A DNA stretch of 64,000 nucleotides. Origin: Ignavibacterium sp. (GTDB lineage Bacteria > Bacteroidota > Ignavibacteria > Ignavibacteriales > Ignavibacteriaceae). Position numbers and translations under genes: made by a program. The notes below the pieces were generated by a model. The model searched no databases, had not been told where the DNA came from, and worked only from the letters and a program-made list of their open reading frames with translations. The DNA is taken from positions 12,491 through 76,490 of the forward strand of contig NZ_JBBIUQ010000015.1 in assembly GCF_037440165.1 (NCBI RefSeq), in the 5' to 3' direction. Of this stretch, positions 9,277 through 18,887 are shown piece by piece. Every line of letters begins with the position of its first letter. Position 1 is the stretch's first letter.

Positions 9277-10500
9277 ATGAATTTAAGCCAGACATTTGCT
9301 ATTTCTGTTCAATCACTCAGAAACAATAAATTAAGAACCGGACTTACTATTCTCGGTGTTGTGGTTGGAATTTTTTCCATCATCGTAATTATGACAATCA
9401 TAACTATGCTTCAGAAAAGTATTGAAGAAGGACTTTCACAATTAAGTAAATATACTTTTCAAATTCAGAAAAATGATCCAACTTTTGGTGGTGGTCCAAG
9501 ATTCAGAGAATCAAGACCAGATATTAAGATTGAAGAAGCAAACAGATTAAAAGAACTATTGACTAATGCACGATATGTTGGTGCTGAACAATGGCAATTT
9601 GGCGTAGTAGTTAAGTATGGAAACAAAGAGACTAATCCGAATATCCAGGTTGCAGGAATTACTGTTGATGCAATGAAAACTAATAACTGGAATGTCGAAA
9701 CGGGAAGAGAAATCAGAGAAACTGATGTTCAGTATTCCGCTAATGTTTGTTTAATAGGAAAAGGTATCGTTGATAAACTATTTCCAAACATTGATCCGAT
9801 TGGCCAGACAATCAGAGTTGATGGAAGACCATTACAAGTTATTGGTGTAATTGAAGCACAACCAGCTTTGTTTGGTCAGAGCAGAGATAATTACATTGTG
9901 TTGCCAATTATAACATGGCAGTCAATGTATGGGAAATATGACAGAAGCGTAAACATAACAGTAATGGCTTATGGCAAGGAAGATTATAATGAAGTAATAG
10001 AAGCTGCAACTGGTTATATGAGAAAGATTAGAAAACTTTCTCCTGGCGAACCGAATAATTTTTATATCTTCAGTAACGAATCTATGATTAGTCAGGTAAA
10101 TGATATTACAGGACCAATCAAAATAGGTGCACTAGCTGTATCAATTATAGCTTTAATTGCAGCAGGAGTTGGAATTATGAATATCATGTTAGTGTCTGTA
10201 ACAGAGAGAACAAGAGAAATTGGAATTAGAAAAGCGTTAGGTGCCCGTAAAAACTGGATACTAACTCAGTTTCTCATAGAAGCGGTTGTTTTATGTTTTA
10301 TTGGCGGAATAATTGGAATTTTACTCGGAGTTGGGATAGGAAATTTTGCTGGAAGTTTTCTGAATGCACAAACTGCAATTCCTGTTGATTGGGTTATAAT
10401 TGGTATTACACTTTGTATTGTGATAGGAGTTATTTTCGGAACTTATCCTGCTTATAAAGCAGCTAATCTTGATCCGATTGAAGCTTTAAGATATGAATAA
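9277..10500 (+). CDS. ABC transporter permease, FtsX/MacB-periplasmic-domain family (paralogue 2)
   Basis: Same architecture as the previous gene. Motif ERTREIGIRKALGARKNWILTQFLIEA. C-terminus DPIEALRYE. Confidence 0.9.
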   Translation: MNLSQTFAISVQSLRNNKLRTGLTILGVVVGIFSIIVIMTIITMLQKSIEEGLSQLSKYTFQIQKNDPTFGGGPRFRESRPDIKIEEANRLKELLTNARYVGAEQWQFGVVVKYGNKETNPNIQVAGITVDAMKTNNWNVETGREIRETDVQYSANVCLIGKGIVDKLFPNIDPIGQTIRVDGRPLQVIGVIEAQPALFGQSRDNYIVLPIITWQSMYGKYDRSVNITVMAYGKEDYNEVIEAATGYMRKIRKLSPGEPNNFYIFSNESMISQVNDITGPIKIGALAVSIIALIAAGVGIMNIMLVSVTERTREIGIRKALGARKNWILTQFLIEAVVLCFIGGIIGILLGVGIGNFAGSFLNAQTAIPVDWVIIGITLCIVIGVIFGTYPAYKAANLDPIEALRYE

Positions 10501-10501
10501 C

Positions 10502-12523
10502 TCAATATGCAATATCAATCTGAAAACTTATTCTGTTATCAATGTTGTTTCTGATAAGATTATTTCCTGAGCTTAAACTTTTTTCACTTGGTTTGTAAGT
10601 TTCTGCATATTTCATCGAGAAAGTTAGAAAGCCGAATGGTTTATATCTTATCATAAGATACCATCTTAATCCTTCACCATACATAGCAAGATTTGTCAGA
10701 ACTCCCGTTAAATCATTTTCAAATTCATAAACAGCGGAATTAAATGAATCAGTGTCAAAAAAAATGATTCGTCCATAAGCAAGTAGTGACTTTGAAATGA
10801 CATATCTGAAATCCTGAAAAATTAAAATTCCATTTTCGATCATTTCTGCTTTAGAAATTTCATAAGTATTATATTCAATTCTGGATTTCATTCTTAATTT
10901 GTTTGAAATATCATAAACCAGTTCAGTTCGATACGAATTTCTTATTCTCTCAACAACTGTTTTAATATTGTTGAGATTTTCTGTAACCTCTTTTCGTTCT
11001 GTCTTAATTCTCAGGTTGATTTGTGTTTTCCTGAAAATATTTTTTGAATAACTCAGGTAAAATTCATTTCCTGTTGATGGTACAGGGGTTTCAAAAGTTA
11101 CAAATGGAAATCTGAACTGATCGTAATAAAAATTTATTAAGCCAAAATTACTTCGCCATTTAATTCCATAATAAATTCCGAATTCATTGCTGGTGTTTCC
11201 AGATTGTTCTCCGAAAGCGAAACCATGAAGATTGACAAAGCTGCGTGAATAACTTCTGAGGCTTGCTGTGATGATAAAATTATTTAGTGGAGTGATGATA
11301 ATTCCGTTCAGCGAAGCAACCGATGTTTGATTGTAAACAAATTCTCCGAAAATATTTACAGGACTAAGATTAACATCATAATCGAAAGAATAATACCTGA
11401 AATTATTGCCTCTGATATCATAGATTGAGTTGGGTTCAAATTCATTGCTGAATTTTGATTCGTAAGCAGATAATCCTGCACTCAACAATTTTTCATATTT
11501 ATAGGAAATTCTTCCACCGAAAATTCTTTCGCTGATCCGATTTTCCTTTTCTAAATCATTTTCAGTTAAATGTAATCCTGTTTTAGGTGTTGATGTTATT
11601 TTATTTGTCACAGAATCAACATTCGCATCAATTTTTTTTGATGAATAAAAAGCGGTGAATGAAAAGTTTGAATAATCGATCGTTGCTGCAGCACCGCGCA
11701 TAAAATCATACTCTGTAGCGCTTGTATAAGGTTTGAGAATTTTACCTTTTCGTTTTACTGGAAAAATGGCATCAGCACCTTTTGAAAAACCATAAGGACT
11801 CCACAACATCAGACCTTGTCCAAACTCTAAAACATAGTCTCCCACAACTATATTATTTAGAACTCCATAATTTTTAACATTGAGATGAAAAGAGTTGAAG
11901 TCATCGAAATCTTTTTCTCCTGCATCTTTATCGAATAAAATTCCTGCCTGAATTTGTTTGGAATATTTAACTAATAATCTGTTATAAGCTCTTAATTTAC
12001 TTCCAAGATAAGTTCCATCTTCAAAACCTTTGCGGGTTTGTAAATCATTCCCTAAACGACTTCTTAAATAAAATTTAAATTCTGAAGGTAGAATTCTGGC
12101 TTCGGAGAAATCTTCCTGAAATAATGTCGAATCATAACTGATCGATTCTTTATCAACTTTCAGAAAAGGAATTATACGATTAATTAACTCTCTGTCTAAT
12201 TCTCTCATAGCATTAAGCTCATTTACTGAATAAAATGGTCCGAACCGGTTTCTGTAAGAAAGAATAATCTCCGCAGTATTAGATTCTAAACCAGGTATTT
12301 TCTGAAGTTCAAAAACATCTGCTGTGTTGAGGTCAATTGGATTTAATATCAGCTCTTCAACTGCGTTGTACAAATCTGAATTATCTTCCTCAAAGAATGA
12401 TTCATCCAGAATTTCATCGAGTGCTTCTTCGGTTTTGATTTCCGTTGAATCTATTATTTGTGAATTGAGAAAAAAGAAGGGAAATAATGTTAGGTATAAA
12501 ATGTTGAAAACAATTTTCATCAT
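10502..12523 (-). CDS. Secreted protein with N-terminal ComEA-like helix-hairpin-helix domain fused to a large predicted outer-membrane beta-barrel
   Basis: Signal peptide. HhH segment DLNTADVFELQKIPGLESNTAEIILSYRNRFGPFYSVNELNAM. About 520 aa rich in alternating Y/F/G/N/S strands, ending ISFQIDIAY (aromatic C-terminal residue). Confidence 0.6.
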   Translation of the reverse strand: MMKIVFNILYLTLFPFFFLNSQIIDSTEIKTEEALDEILDESFFEEDNSDLYNAVEELILNPIDLNTADVFELQKIPGLESNTAEIILSYRNRFGPFYSVNELNAMRELDRELINRIIPFLKVDKESISYDSTLFQEDFSEARILPSEFKFYLRSRLGNDLQTRKGFEDGTYLGSKLRAYNRLLVKYSKQIQAGILFDKDAGEKDFDDFNSFHLNVKNYGVLNNIVVGDYVLEFGQGLMLWSPYGFSKGADAIFPVKRKGKILKPYTSATEYDFMRGAAATIDYSNFSFTAFYSSKKIDANVDSVTNKITSTPKTGLHLTENDLEKENRISERIFGGRISYKYEKLLSAGLSAYESKFSNEFEPNSIYDIRGNNFRYYSFDYDVNLSPVNIFGEFVYNQTSVASLNGIIITPLNNFIITASLRSYSRSFVNLHGFAFGEQSGNTSNEFGIYYGIKWRSNFGLINFYYDQFRFPFVTFETPVPSTGNEFYLSYSKNIFRKTQINLRIKTERKEVTENLNNIKTVVERIRNSYRTELVYDISNKLRMKSRIEYNTYEISKAEMIENGILIFQDFRYVISKSLLAYGRIIFFDTDSFNSAVYEFENDLTGVLTNLAMYGEGLRWYLMIRYKPFGFLTFSMKYAETYKPSEKSLSSGNNLIRNNIDNRISFQIDIAY

Positions 12524-13365
12524 TTAATTCCAAGATAATTCCTGATTTGTTGTTTTCTGCTCATCTCCTTATTAAAACTGATAAGAAGCCCAACCTGATG
12601 TGTTAATCCTAAATCAATATGAGTAAACATCGCATAATCAAGACTAATAAAGGAATAGTTAATTCCAATTCCTGCAGAAAATCTCGAAGGTTCATTTGAA
12701 AACCCTGAGCGAAGGGAAAGATATTCGATTAAATCATAATCAACACCAAACATCAATGAAGTTTTATATCTCAGGTCTTTTTCTAATGCTGCATTTATGG
12801 ATAGCGGATTAATTAAATCATAACTTATTCCTGCATTAAGTAAAACGGGTATCTGATCATCATCATTTCCAAAAGAAGCACGATTAATATTTTGAAAAGA
12901 AAATCCCAACCTGAAATCTTCTGATAAATAAACTAATCCACCAATATTGAAATATAAAGCATTATCATCACCATAATTTTTTATTGAAAGAGTATGAAAA
13001 TTGAATGCAGCACCGGCAAAAAATTTATTCTGATAATTATATGAATAACCCAGAACAATTTTTGATTCACGATATAAATCAAAACCGTAGGTCATTCCTC
13101 CGATTGAAATTGAGCCGAAACTGAAAGGTTCTGTATAAGCTACATAAGCATTTGCAAGCTCTTTTAATCCAAATGGAGCAGGAGAATAGTAAATTCCAAT
13201 TTCTCTCCAATCGATTTGTGAGAGTCCGGATGGATTATTAAACAATGAAAAAACATCATTACTAAGAGCAACATCAGAATTGGATAAAGATATTTGTTTT
13301 GCTCCGGGATTGAATTGAGCCAAAGTAAATGAGCTTAAAAGAAATATGATGGAAAGAATTTTCAT
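12520..13365 (-). CDS. Predicted outer-membrane beta-barrel protein (PorV/PorQ-like; tentative)
   Basis: Signal peptide MKILSIIFLLSSFTLAQ. Segment SNSDVALSNDVFSLFNNPSGLS resembles the N-terminal motif of PorV/PorQ/FadL-like barrels. Alternating-strand composition. 4-nt overlap with the downstream HhH-barrel gene. Confidence 0.4.
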   Translation of the reverse strand: MKILSIIFLLSSFTLAQFNPGAKQISLSNSDVALSNDVFSLFNNPSGLSQIDWREIGIYYSPAPFGLKELANAYVAYTEPFSFGSISIGGMTYGFDLYRESKIVLGYSYNYQNKFFAGAAFNFHTLSIKNYGDDNALYFNIGGLVYLSEDFRLGFSFQNINRASFGNDDDQIPVLLNAGISYDLINPLSINAALEKDLRYKTSLMFGVDYDLIEYLSLRSGFSNEPSRFSAGIGINYSFISLDYAMFTHIDLGLTHQVGLLISFNKEMSRKQQIRNYLGIK

Positions 13366-13437
13366 TAACTATTTAATTGATTGTCAGATATATGCTAAAT
13401 ATATATATTAAACTTGTAAAAAATAGCTGGTTCAAAT

Positions 13438-14319
13438 ATGAAAAAAAATTTTGTTATTCTCATTTCGCTTGTTTTAACATTTCAATTATATGCTCAGGAA
13501 TTGAATTGCAGAGTAACAGTAAATTACGAAAAACTGCCAATCAATAACCGCGAACTTCTTGCAAACTTTGCCAACGAAATTGAAACATATATTAACAAAA
13601 CTCAGTTTACCGGTGAACCATTCGACGGAGAAAAAATTAATTGTGCATTAAATATTTTTTTTACATCAGCTTCCAGTGATATTGAGTATTCAGCACAAGT
13701 TGTCATTACAAGCACAAGACCTGTTTACAAGTCTGACAGACAATCTCCAATGCTCACAATTAATGATGCAAACTGGAATTTTAAATATGAAAAAGGACAA
13801 CCGCTTTATTCCAATCAAAGTATTTATGATCCTATAACAAGTTTTCTTGACTTTTATGCCAACATCATTATTGGTTTTGATTATGAAACCTGGGAAGAAT
13901 TTTTAGGTACTCAATATTTTCAAAAAGCATTTAACATTGCTAATCTTGGAATGAACAGCAATTATAAAAAAGGTTGGGAAAGAACCAGCGATGCATATAA
14001 CCGCACAAGACTATGTGAAGATTTATTAAATGATAAATTCAGACCTTTCCGTGAAGCATTTTACGAATACCATTATGGAGTTGATTTATATCAGGTTAAT
14101 AAAGCCGAGGCGCAGGATCATATTACAAATCTTGTGAATGTATTGGACGATTTGAAAAATAAAACTGATATAAACAGTGTGTTAATCAGAACCTTTTTTG
14201 ATGCTAAAAATGGTGAGATAACTGACCTTCTGAGGGATTATAAGGATCTAAATGTTTTCAGCAAGCTGAAAAGAATAGATCCATCTCATATTTCAAAGTA
14301 TAATGAAGTGATGAAGTAA
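13438..14319 (+). CDS. DUF4835-family protein (family named PorD in type IX secretion annotation)
   Basis: Signal peptide followed by QELNCRVTVNYEKLP...; length about 290 aa. I recognise this as the DUF4835 N-terminal signature from memory. Not verified by search. Confidence 0.55.
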   Translation: MKKNFVILISLVLTFQLYAQELNCRVTVNYEKLPINNRELLANFANEIETYINKTQFTGEPFDGEKINCALNIFFTSASSDIEYSAQVVITSTRPVYKSDRQSPMLTINDANWNFKYEKGQPLYSNQSIYDPITSFLDFYANIIIGFDYETWEEFLGTQYFQKAFNIANLGMNSNYKKGWERTSDAYNRTRLCEDLLNDKFRPFREAFYEYHYGVDLYQVNKAEAQDHITNLVNVLDDLKNKTDINSVLIRTFFDAKNGEITDLLRDYKDLNVFSKLKRIDPSHISKYNEVMK

Positions 14320-16311
14320 TTATTTAATGAGCTGAACAGAGATGATTATATCTCCTTCTGCAATATTCATAACTAAATTTCTTCCTGCAGTCACTTCTGC
14401 GAATAGTGTATATCTTCCGTTCAGGTGCGGATAATATCCTTGCATTATAAAAAATTGCGAACCTTCTGTGTCTTTACCAGCACTTGCCATTCCAACTGCT
14501 CCTGTGAAAAATTCTTCAGGAGAAAATTCTGAAATTATTTCATAACCTGGTCCGCCCCAGCCAGTACCAGTTGGATCGCCTGTCTGAATCACAAATCCCG
14601 GCACTACTCGATGAAAGTTAATTCCGTTATAGAAATATTTTTCAGCCAAACTAATAAAATTGCCAACTGTAACAGGAACTAAATCGGCTCTGAACTTAAT
14701 TTCAATATTGCCCTTATTAGTTTTAATTATAGCACCTGAATATTCAAAAGATTTTTTGAGCAGCGAATCAAGATTTGGAAACTCCTTTGAAACAATTTCT
14801 TTGTTAGTTGATTCTTTATTTAGAAATTTTTTCAATGCATAAACTTTTGTATCAGAAAGATTGCTAATGACTTCTTTATAAAAACTATCTGATATTTTCT
14901 TTGATAGATTGATTAGAGAAAATTTTGCTTCTATAAAATCAGTATTGTTTTTAAATCGATTTGTCTGCTCAAGGATAATGGTTTTTAACTTATCAGAATT
15001 TCTTTTGACAAAGCTTGAATCAAGTCCATCTGCAGCAGTTGAAATGATTGCAGCATTGTTTGATAAAAGTGAATTGGAAACAAAGTTATTGAATAATGAA
15101 TCATTTGGAAAAACCTTACTTTCACTCAAAATAAATTCTAAGGCAGTGATTCTTTCTTTCAAGTCTTCGGTTTCTGAATAAAGTTTTTCAACCTCATCAA
15201 ATTTCAAATTGTCCTTTTGTTGATCGAAAAGAAGCTGCAACCGAGTTCTGGTAGTTAGTTTTGAGTTTAAAGAACCACTATTCAAATTATCATCAATTCC
15301 AAATAAATATTTGTAAGCATTAAACGCTTCTTCAATAATAATTTTATTGGTTGATTCTTTAATTATTTCTATAAGTGTGTTTTTGATTCTGTAATCATTC
15401 AATAAATCACTATCCCATTTATTTACTTGTAATGATCTTAAACCTTCTATTATAAGATTCTCGTTTTCTGAATTAAGAATTGATTTAATAATGCTGATTA
15501 CACTTGGTTTATATTCTGAATAAGGAAGAACTTTAATGAATTCAATTCTTACAGCATCACTTTTTGAGTTTAATTCAGATAAAAGCTTTTGATCAGCTGG
15601 AAAATATTTTTGAATACGAAAATTCATCAATAATAGCTGTAATAGTTCATCATCATTTGAAGTTGATAATATTTCAAGCAAACGAGGATTAATTGTGCTG
15701 TCACTTCCTAATCGTGCAAGAGTAAATAAAGCTTTCTTTTTTCTATTTACAGAGATTGAATTATCACTTATCTCTTCAACTAATATTTTTTTGCTTAGCT
15801 CTGATTTAATATTCCTATTTCTGAATTGAAGAATTGCATCTTCAATACCATTGAAAAATGATTTAGGAAGATTCCGATTAAAATATAAATCGTTTAATCT
15901 TTGCAAATCACTTTCATCACCAAGTTTGCCCAGAGCATAAAAAATATACTCTGAACATTTACAGCTGCTATCAAATAAATTTTGCCATAAATATTTTTTT
16001 GAAATTTCAGACTTACCAATTTGACCTAAAGTAAATGAAATCCATTTGCCGTATTTCCTAAAATCAAGTTCAGTAAGCTGTTTTATGAATGTTGTATCTT
16101 CCGAATGTGAGAATGAAAGAAGAGCAGCAATAACCTGAGATGAATCTGATGAGTTAAGATATTTTTCAATTACTGTTTTATCAAATTGTCTTTTGGCTGT
16201 ACTTTCAATCAAATCGTAATAGTCCGGTTTGAATTGCCCAATAGAGAAATTACTGATAGCAAAAAATATCAGTGAGAAAATCTTTATGATGTTCAGATAG
16301 AAATTTCCCAT
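14320..16311 (-). CDS. Cyclophilin-type peptidyl-prolyl cis-trans isomerase with ~480-aa N-terminal helical-repeat extension
   Basis: The C-terminal 170 aa has FHRVVPGFVIQTGDPTGTGWGGPGYEI and GAVGMASAGKDTEGSQFFI. N-terminal signal peptide, then a long Leu/Lys/Ser/Asn-rich region with no motif I can assign. Confidence 0.85.
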   Translation of the reverse strand: MGNFYLNIIKIFSLIFFAISNFSIGQFKPDYYDLIESTAKRQFDKTVIEKYLNSSDSSQVIAALLSFSHSEDTTFIKQLTELDFRKYGKWISFTLGQIGKSEISKKYLWQNLFDSSCKCSEYIFYALGKLGDESDLQRLNDLYFNRNLPKSFFNGIEDAILQFRNRNIKSELSKKILVEEISDNSISVNRKKKALFTLARLGSDSTINPRLLEILSTSNDDELLQLLLMNFRIQKYFPADQKLLSELNSKSDAVRIEFIKVLPYSEYKPSVISIIKSILNSENENLIIEGLRSLQVNKWDSDLLNDYRIKNTLIEIIKESTNKIIIEEAFNAYKYLFGIDDNLNSGSLNSKLTTRTRLQLLFDQQKDNLKFDEVEKLYSETEDLKERITALEFILSESKVFPNDSLFNNFVSNSLLSNNAAIISTAADGLDSSFVKRNSDKLKTIILEQTNRFKNNTDFIEAKFSLINLSKKISDSFYKEVISNLSDTKVYALKKFLNKESTNKEIVSKEFPNLDSLLKKSFEYSGAIIKTNKGNIEIKFRADLVPVTVGNFISLAEKYFYNGINFHRVVPGFVIQTGDPTGTGWGGPGYEIISEFSPEEFFTGAVGMASAGKDTEGSQFFIMQGYYPHLNGRYTLFAEVTAGRNLVMNIAEGDIIISVQLIK

Positions 16312-17414
16312 ACACGATATTTTTTATAAACTTCAGCGTTCAGTGCCTGAGCACCTCTGTTCATCATATCATTGTCTTCTAATATCCAGCTTGCTTCACC
16401 TTTAAAAATTCCAAGTTTTGCTGCTCGATTTACAATTTCCCAATAGAACACAGCGTCTAATCCTTTTTTCTGAAATTCAGGAATTATTCCCAAAGTAATA
16501 ATTCTCGCCCAAGTTATATTTTTCTTTTTCGTGTAGAGTTTAATGAAGTTGAATGGAAACAGATGACCATTCATCTCTTTGAACACCTGACTGTAATCAA
16601 GCATCACAAGTGCAAATCCAACTAACTGATTGTTTATTTCACCGAACAAAACAAGAGACGGTTCTGCGAGAGGTTTAAGATCTTTAGCAGCTGCATCAAT
16701 TTCTTCATCAGTCATAGGAACAAATCCCCAGTTCAGAGCCCAGGCTTTGTTATAAATATATTTCACTTTTAACAACTCGTTCTTAAAATCTTTCATATTC
16801 AGCGAGGTAATTTTTATGCCTGTTCTTTTCTGAGCTATCTCAGCAACTCTTCTGACTTTGTCTGATGATACAACTTTATCGTATTCAAGACTATAAGCGT
16901 AAAGATCTTTTGCTTTTTTGAATCCATAATTTTCACACAGATTTATGTAGTAAGGAGGGTTGTAATTCATCAAAATTCTTGGTGAATCATTGAATCCTTC
17001 AATCAGCATTGCGTACTCATCATTACTTGAAGGATTTGCAGGACCACGCATAGCATTGAATCCCCTAGCTTTAAGCCAGTTTTTTGCTGCATCAAATAGA
17101 GCATTTGCAACTTGCTGATCATTTATGCATTCGAAGAAACCGAAAAAGCCAACTTTGTCGTGATGATATTTATTGTGCAAATCATTTCTGATAGCTGCAA
17201 TTCTTCCAACTAATTCACCGTTTATTTCAGCGAGAAAATATTCAGCATCACCATGTTTGAAAAAAGGATTTTTATCTTTACTCAACAATTTTTTTCTATC
17301 CATTATCAGTGGTGGAACCCAGTATGGTTCACCATCATATATTTTCCACTGAAATTTAATAAACCTCATCAGGTCAGATTTAGTTTTGACAGTTGAGATT
17401 TTTATTTCGCTCAT
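16293..17414 (-). CDS. GNAT-fold N-acyltransferase-like protein (373 aa), function unknown
   Basis: Long ORF with segments LVGRIAAI...VGFFGFFE and LGIIPEFQKKGLDAVFYWEI that resemble acyl-CoA N-acyltransferase core motifs. Family-level call only. Confidence 0.5.
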   Translation of the reverse strand: MSEIKISTVKTKSDLMRFIKFQWKIYDGEPYWVPPLIMDRKKLLSKDKNPFFKHGDAEYFLAEINGELVGRIAAIRNDLHNKYHHDKVGFFGFFECINDQQVANALFDAAKNWLKARGFNAMRGPANPSSNDEYAMLIEGFNDSPRILMNYNPPYYINLCENYGFKKAKDLYAYSLEYDKVVSSDKVRRVAEIAQKRTGIKITSLNMKDFKNELLKVKYIYNKAWALNWGFVPMTDEEIDAAAKDLKPLAEPSLVLFGEINNQLVGFALVMLDYSQVFKEMNGHLFPFNFIKLYTKKKNITWARIITLGIIPEFQKKGLDAVFYWEIVNRAAKLGIFKGEASWILEDNDMMNRGAQALNAEVYKKYRVWEISI

Positions 17415-17437
17415 ATTAATTCCTTTTTAATAAAAAA

Positions 17438-17571
17438 AGAGGCTGTCTCAAAAATGTCATTCCGTCCGTTAACTAACGGATTATTTCGGAATCTAATGAA
17501 TTGATTTTCAAATCAAATGAGAACCCGAAAAAAGTTCGTGTTGACAAAAATTGACTTATGAGACAGCCTCT
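17438..17571. repeat. 134-bp nested-hairpin element, copy A, with 13-bp perfect terminal inverted repeats AGAGGCTGTCTCA / TGAGACAGCCTCT
   Basis: Read directly from the sequence. Inner stems are ATTCCG(17459-64)/CGGAAT(17487-92) and TCCGTTA(17465-71)/TAACGGA(17474-80). A related copy lies at 32345-32476. On the minus strand the outer stem is followed by T7, so it may also terminate the 17591..18781 gene. Confidence 0.75.
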
Positions 17572-17590
17572 TTGAAGATGATTTATAAAC

Positions 17591-18781
17591 TTAAATTATT
17601 CCTAATTTTTTTCCTGCGGACTCAAACACATTCAGTATTTCATCAAGATGCTGCTTTTCGTGAGTTGCCATATAACTTGTTCTCATCATTTGTCTTCCCG
17701 GAGGAACACCAGGCGAAATAAATACATTTACAAATACACCGTTATCATAAAGCATTCGCCACATCTGAAAAGCCAGAGCATCATCACCTACAATTACAGG
17801 AACAATAGCTGTTCTTCCTTCAAGTACATTAAATCCAAGAGAGCGCAAATTTTTTCTCATGTATTGTGCATTATCAATAAGATTATCTACTAATTCAGGT
17901 TGAGCTTCCAGAATATCAAGTGCTGCCAATGCTGCGGCAACTGAAGCTGGAGTTGGAGAAGCACTAAAAATCAGAGCAGGTGAGAAATGCTTTAAGTAAT
18001 TGATAACTCTTTCTGCGCCGGCAACAAATCCACCAAGTGAAGCAAATGTTTTGCTGAAAGTACCCATTGTTAAATCAACTTCTTTTTCAAGGTTGAATTC
18101 GCTCGCAGTTCCTCTTCCTCCTTTTCCAATAACTCCAACAGCGTGTGCATCATCAATAAGAATTCTTGCATTGAACTTCTTGGCAAGTTCGTTAAGTCGG
18201 GGTAAATCAACTATTTCACCACCGGTTGAAAAAACGCCATCACTAACAATTAATTTTCCGGCATCAACAGGAATTTTTGAAAGCACTCTTTCAAGATCAT
18301 CCATATCGTTATGTTTGTATCGAACGAGTTCTCCCATTGAACCTTTGGTCATTAAAGTTCCGGCAACTATACAAGCGTGATTATCTTTATCAGAAATCAC
18401 ATATTCATTTCTTTGAACAAGTGTTGGTATAATGCCTTGAGCAGTCTGGTACCCAGTGCTGTATAAGAGAACTGCTTCAGTATTGAAAAATTTGGCAAGT
18501 CTGGATTCCAACTCAATATGAAGATCGAGTGTTCCGGTAAGATAACGGGAACCAGAACAACCTGTTCCATATTTTTCAACAGCTTTAATAGCAGCTTCCT
18601 TAACTTTTGGATGGCCTGTTAATCCAAGATAGTTATTTGAACCTGCCATAATGATTCGTTTTCCTTCAATCTTTACAACAGGTCCTTCATTTTCTTCGAT
18701 TGGTCTGAAATACGGATAAACCCCCATTGCTTTAACTTCGTCTGCTCTTGTGAACTCGTAACACTTTTTGAATAAGTCCAA
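17591..18781 (-). CDS. PLP-dependent alpha-oxoamine synthase family enzyme (serine palmitoyltransferase-like or 2-amino-3-ketobutyrate CoA ligase)
   Basis: [10 protein letters not shown]...[12 protein letters not shown]-terminus, DDAHAVG, and PLP-lysine motif [12 protein letters not shown]; 396 aa. Confidence 0.85.
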   Translation of the reverse strand: MDLFKKCYEFTRADEVKAMGVYPYFRPIEENEGPVVKIEGKRIIMAGSNNYLGLTGHPKVKEAAIKAVEKYGTGCSGSRYLTGTLDLHIELESRLAKFFNTEAVLLYSTGYQTAQGIIPTLVQRNEYVISDKDNHACIVAGTLMTKGSMGELVRYKHNDMDDLERVLSKIPVDAGKLIVSDGVFSTGGEIVDLPRLNELAKKFNARILIDDAHAVGVIGKGGRGTASEFNLEKEVDLTMGTFSKTFASLGGFVAGAERVINYLKHFSPALIFSASPTPASVAAALAALDILEAQPELVDNLIDNAQYMRKNLRSLGFNVLEGRTAIVPVIVGDDALAFQMWRMLYDNGVFVNVFISPGVPPGRQMMRTSYMATHEKQHLDEILNVFESAGKKLGII

Positions 18782-18829
18782 AATTCCTCCTGAATTATTA
18801 ACAGTTAATAGGATATATATTCTTTTTAG

Positions 18830-18837
18830 TAATTTTG
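18830..18837 (+). promoter_or_regulatory. Candidate -7 promoter element TAATTTTG (TAnnTTTG)
   Basis: Exact motif 51 nt upstream of the ATG at 18888. Confidence 0.35.
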
Positions 18838-18887
18838 TCGGCGAAAATTAAAATATAAGTTGGTAAAATCAAATAAAGAATAAAACC

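Noticed and set aside
18000-18380. 126-aa plus-strand ORF, and other short ORFs (17648..17893, 18397..18579), within the alpha-oxoamine synthase gene
   Set aside because: They overlap a well-supported PLP enzyme gene on the opposite strand or in another frame, and show no independent coding signal.
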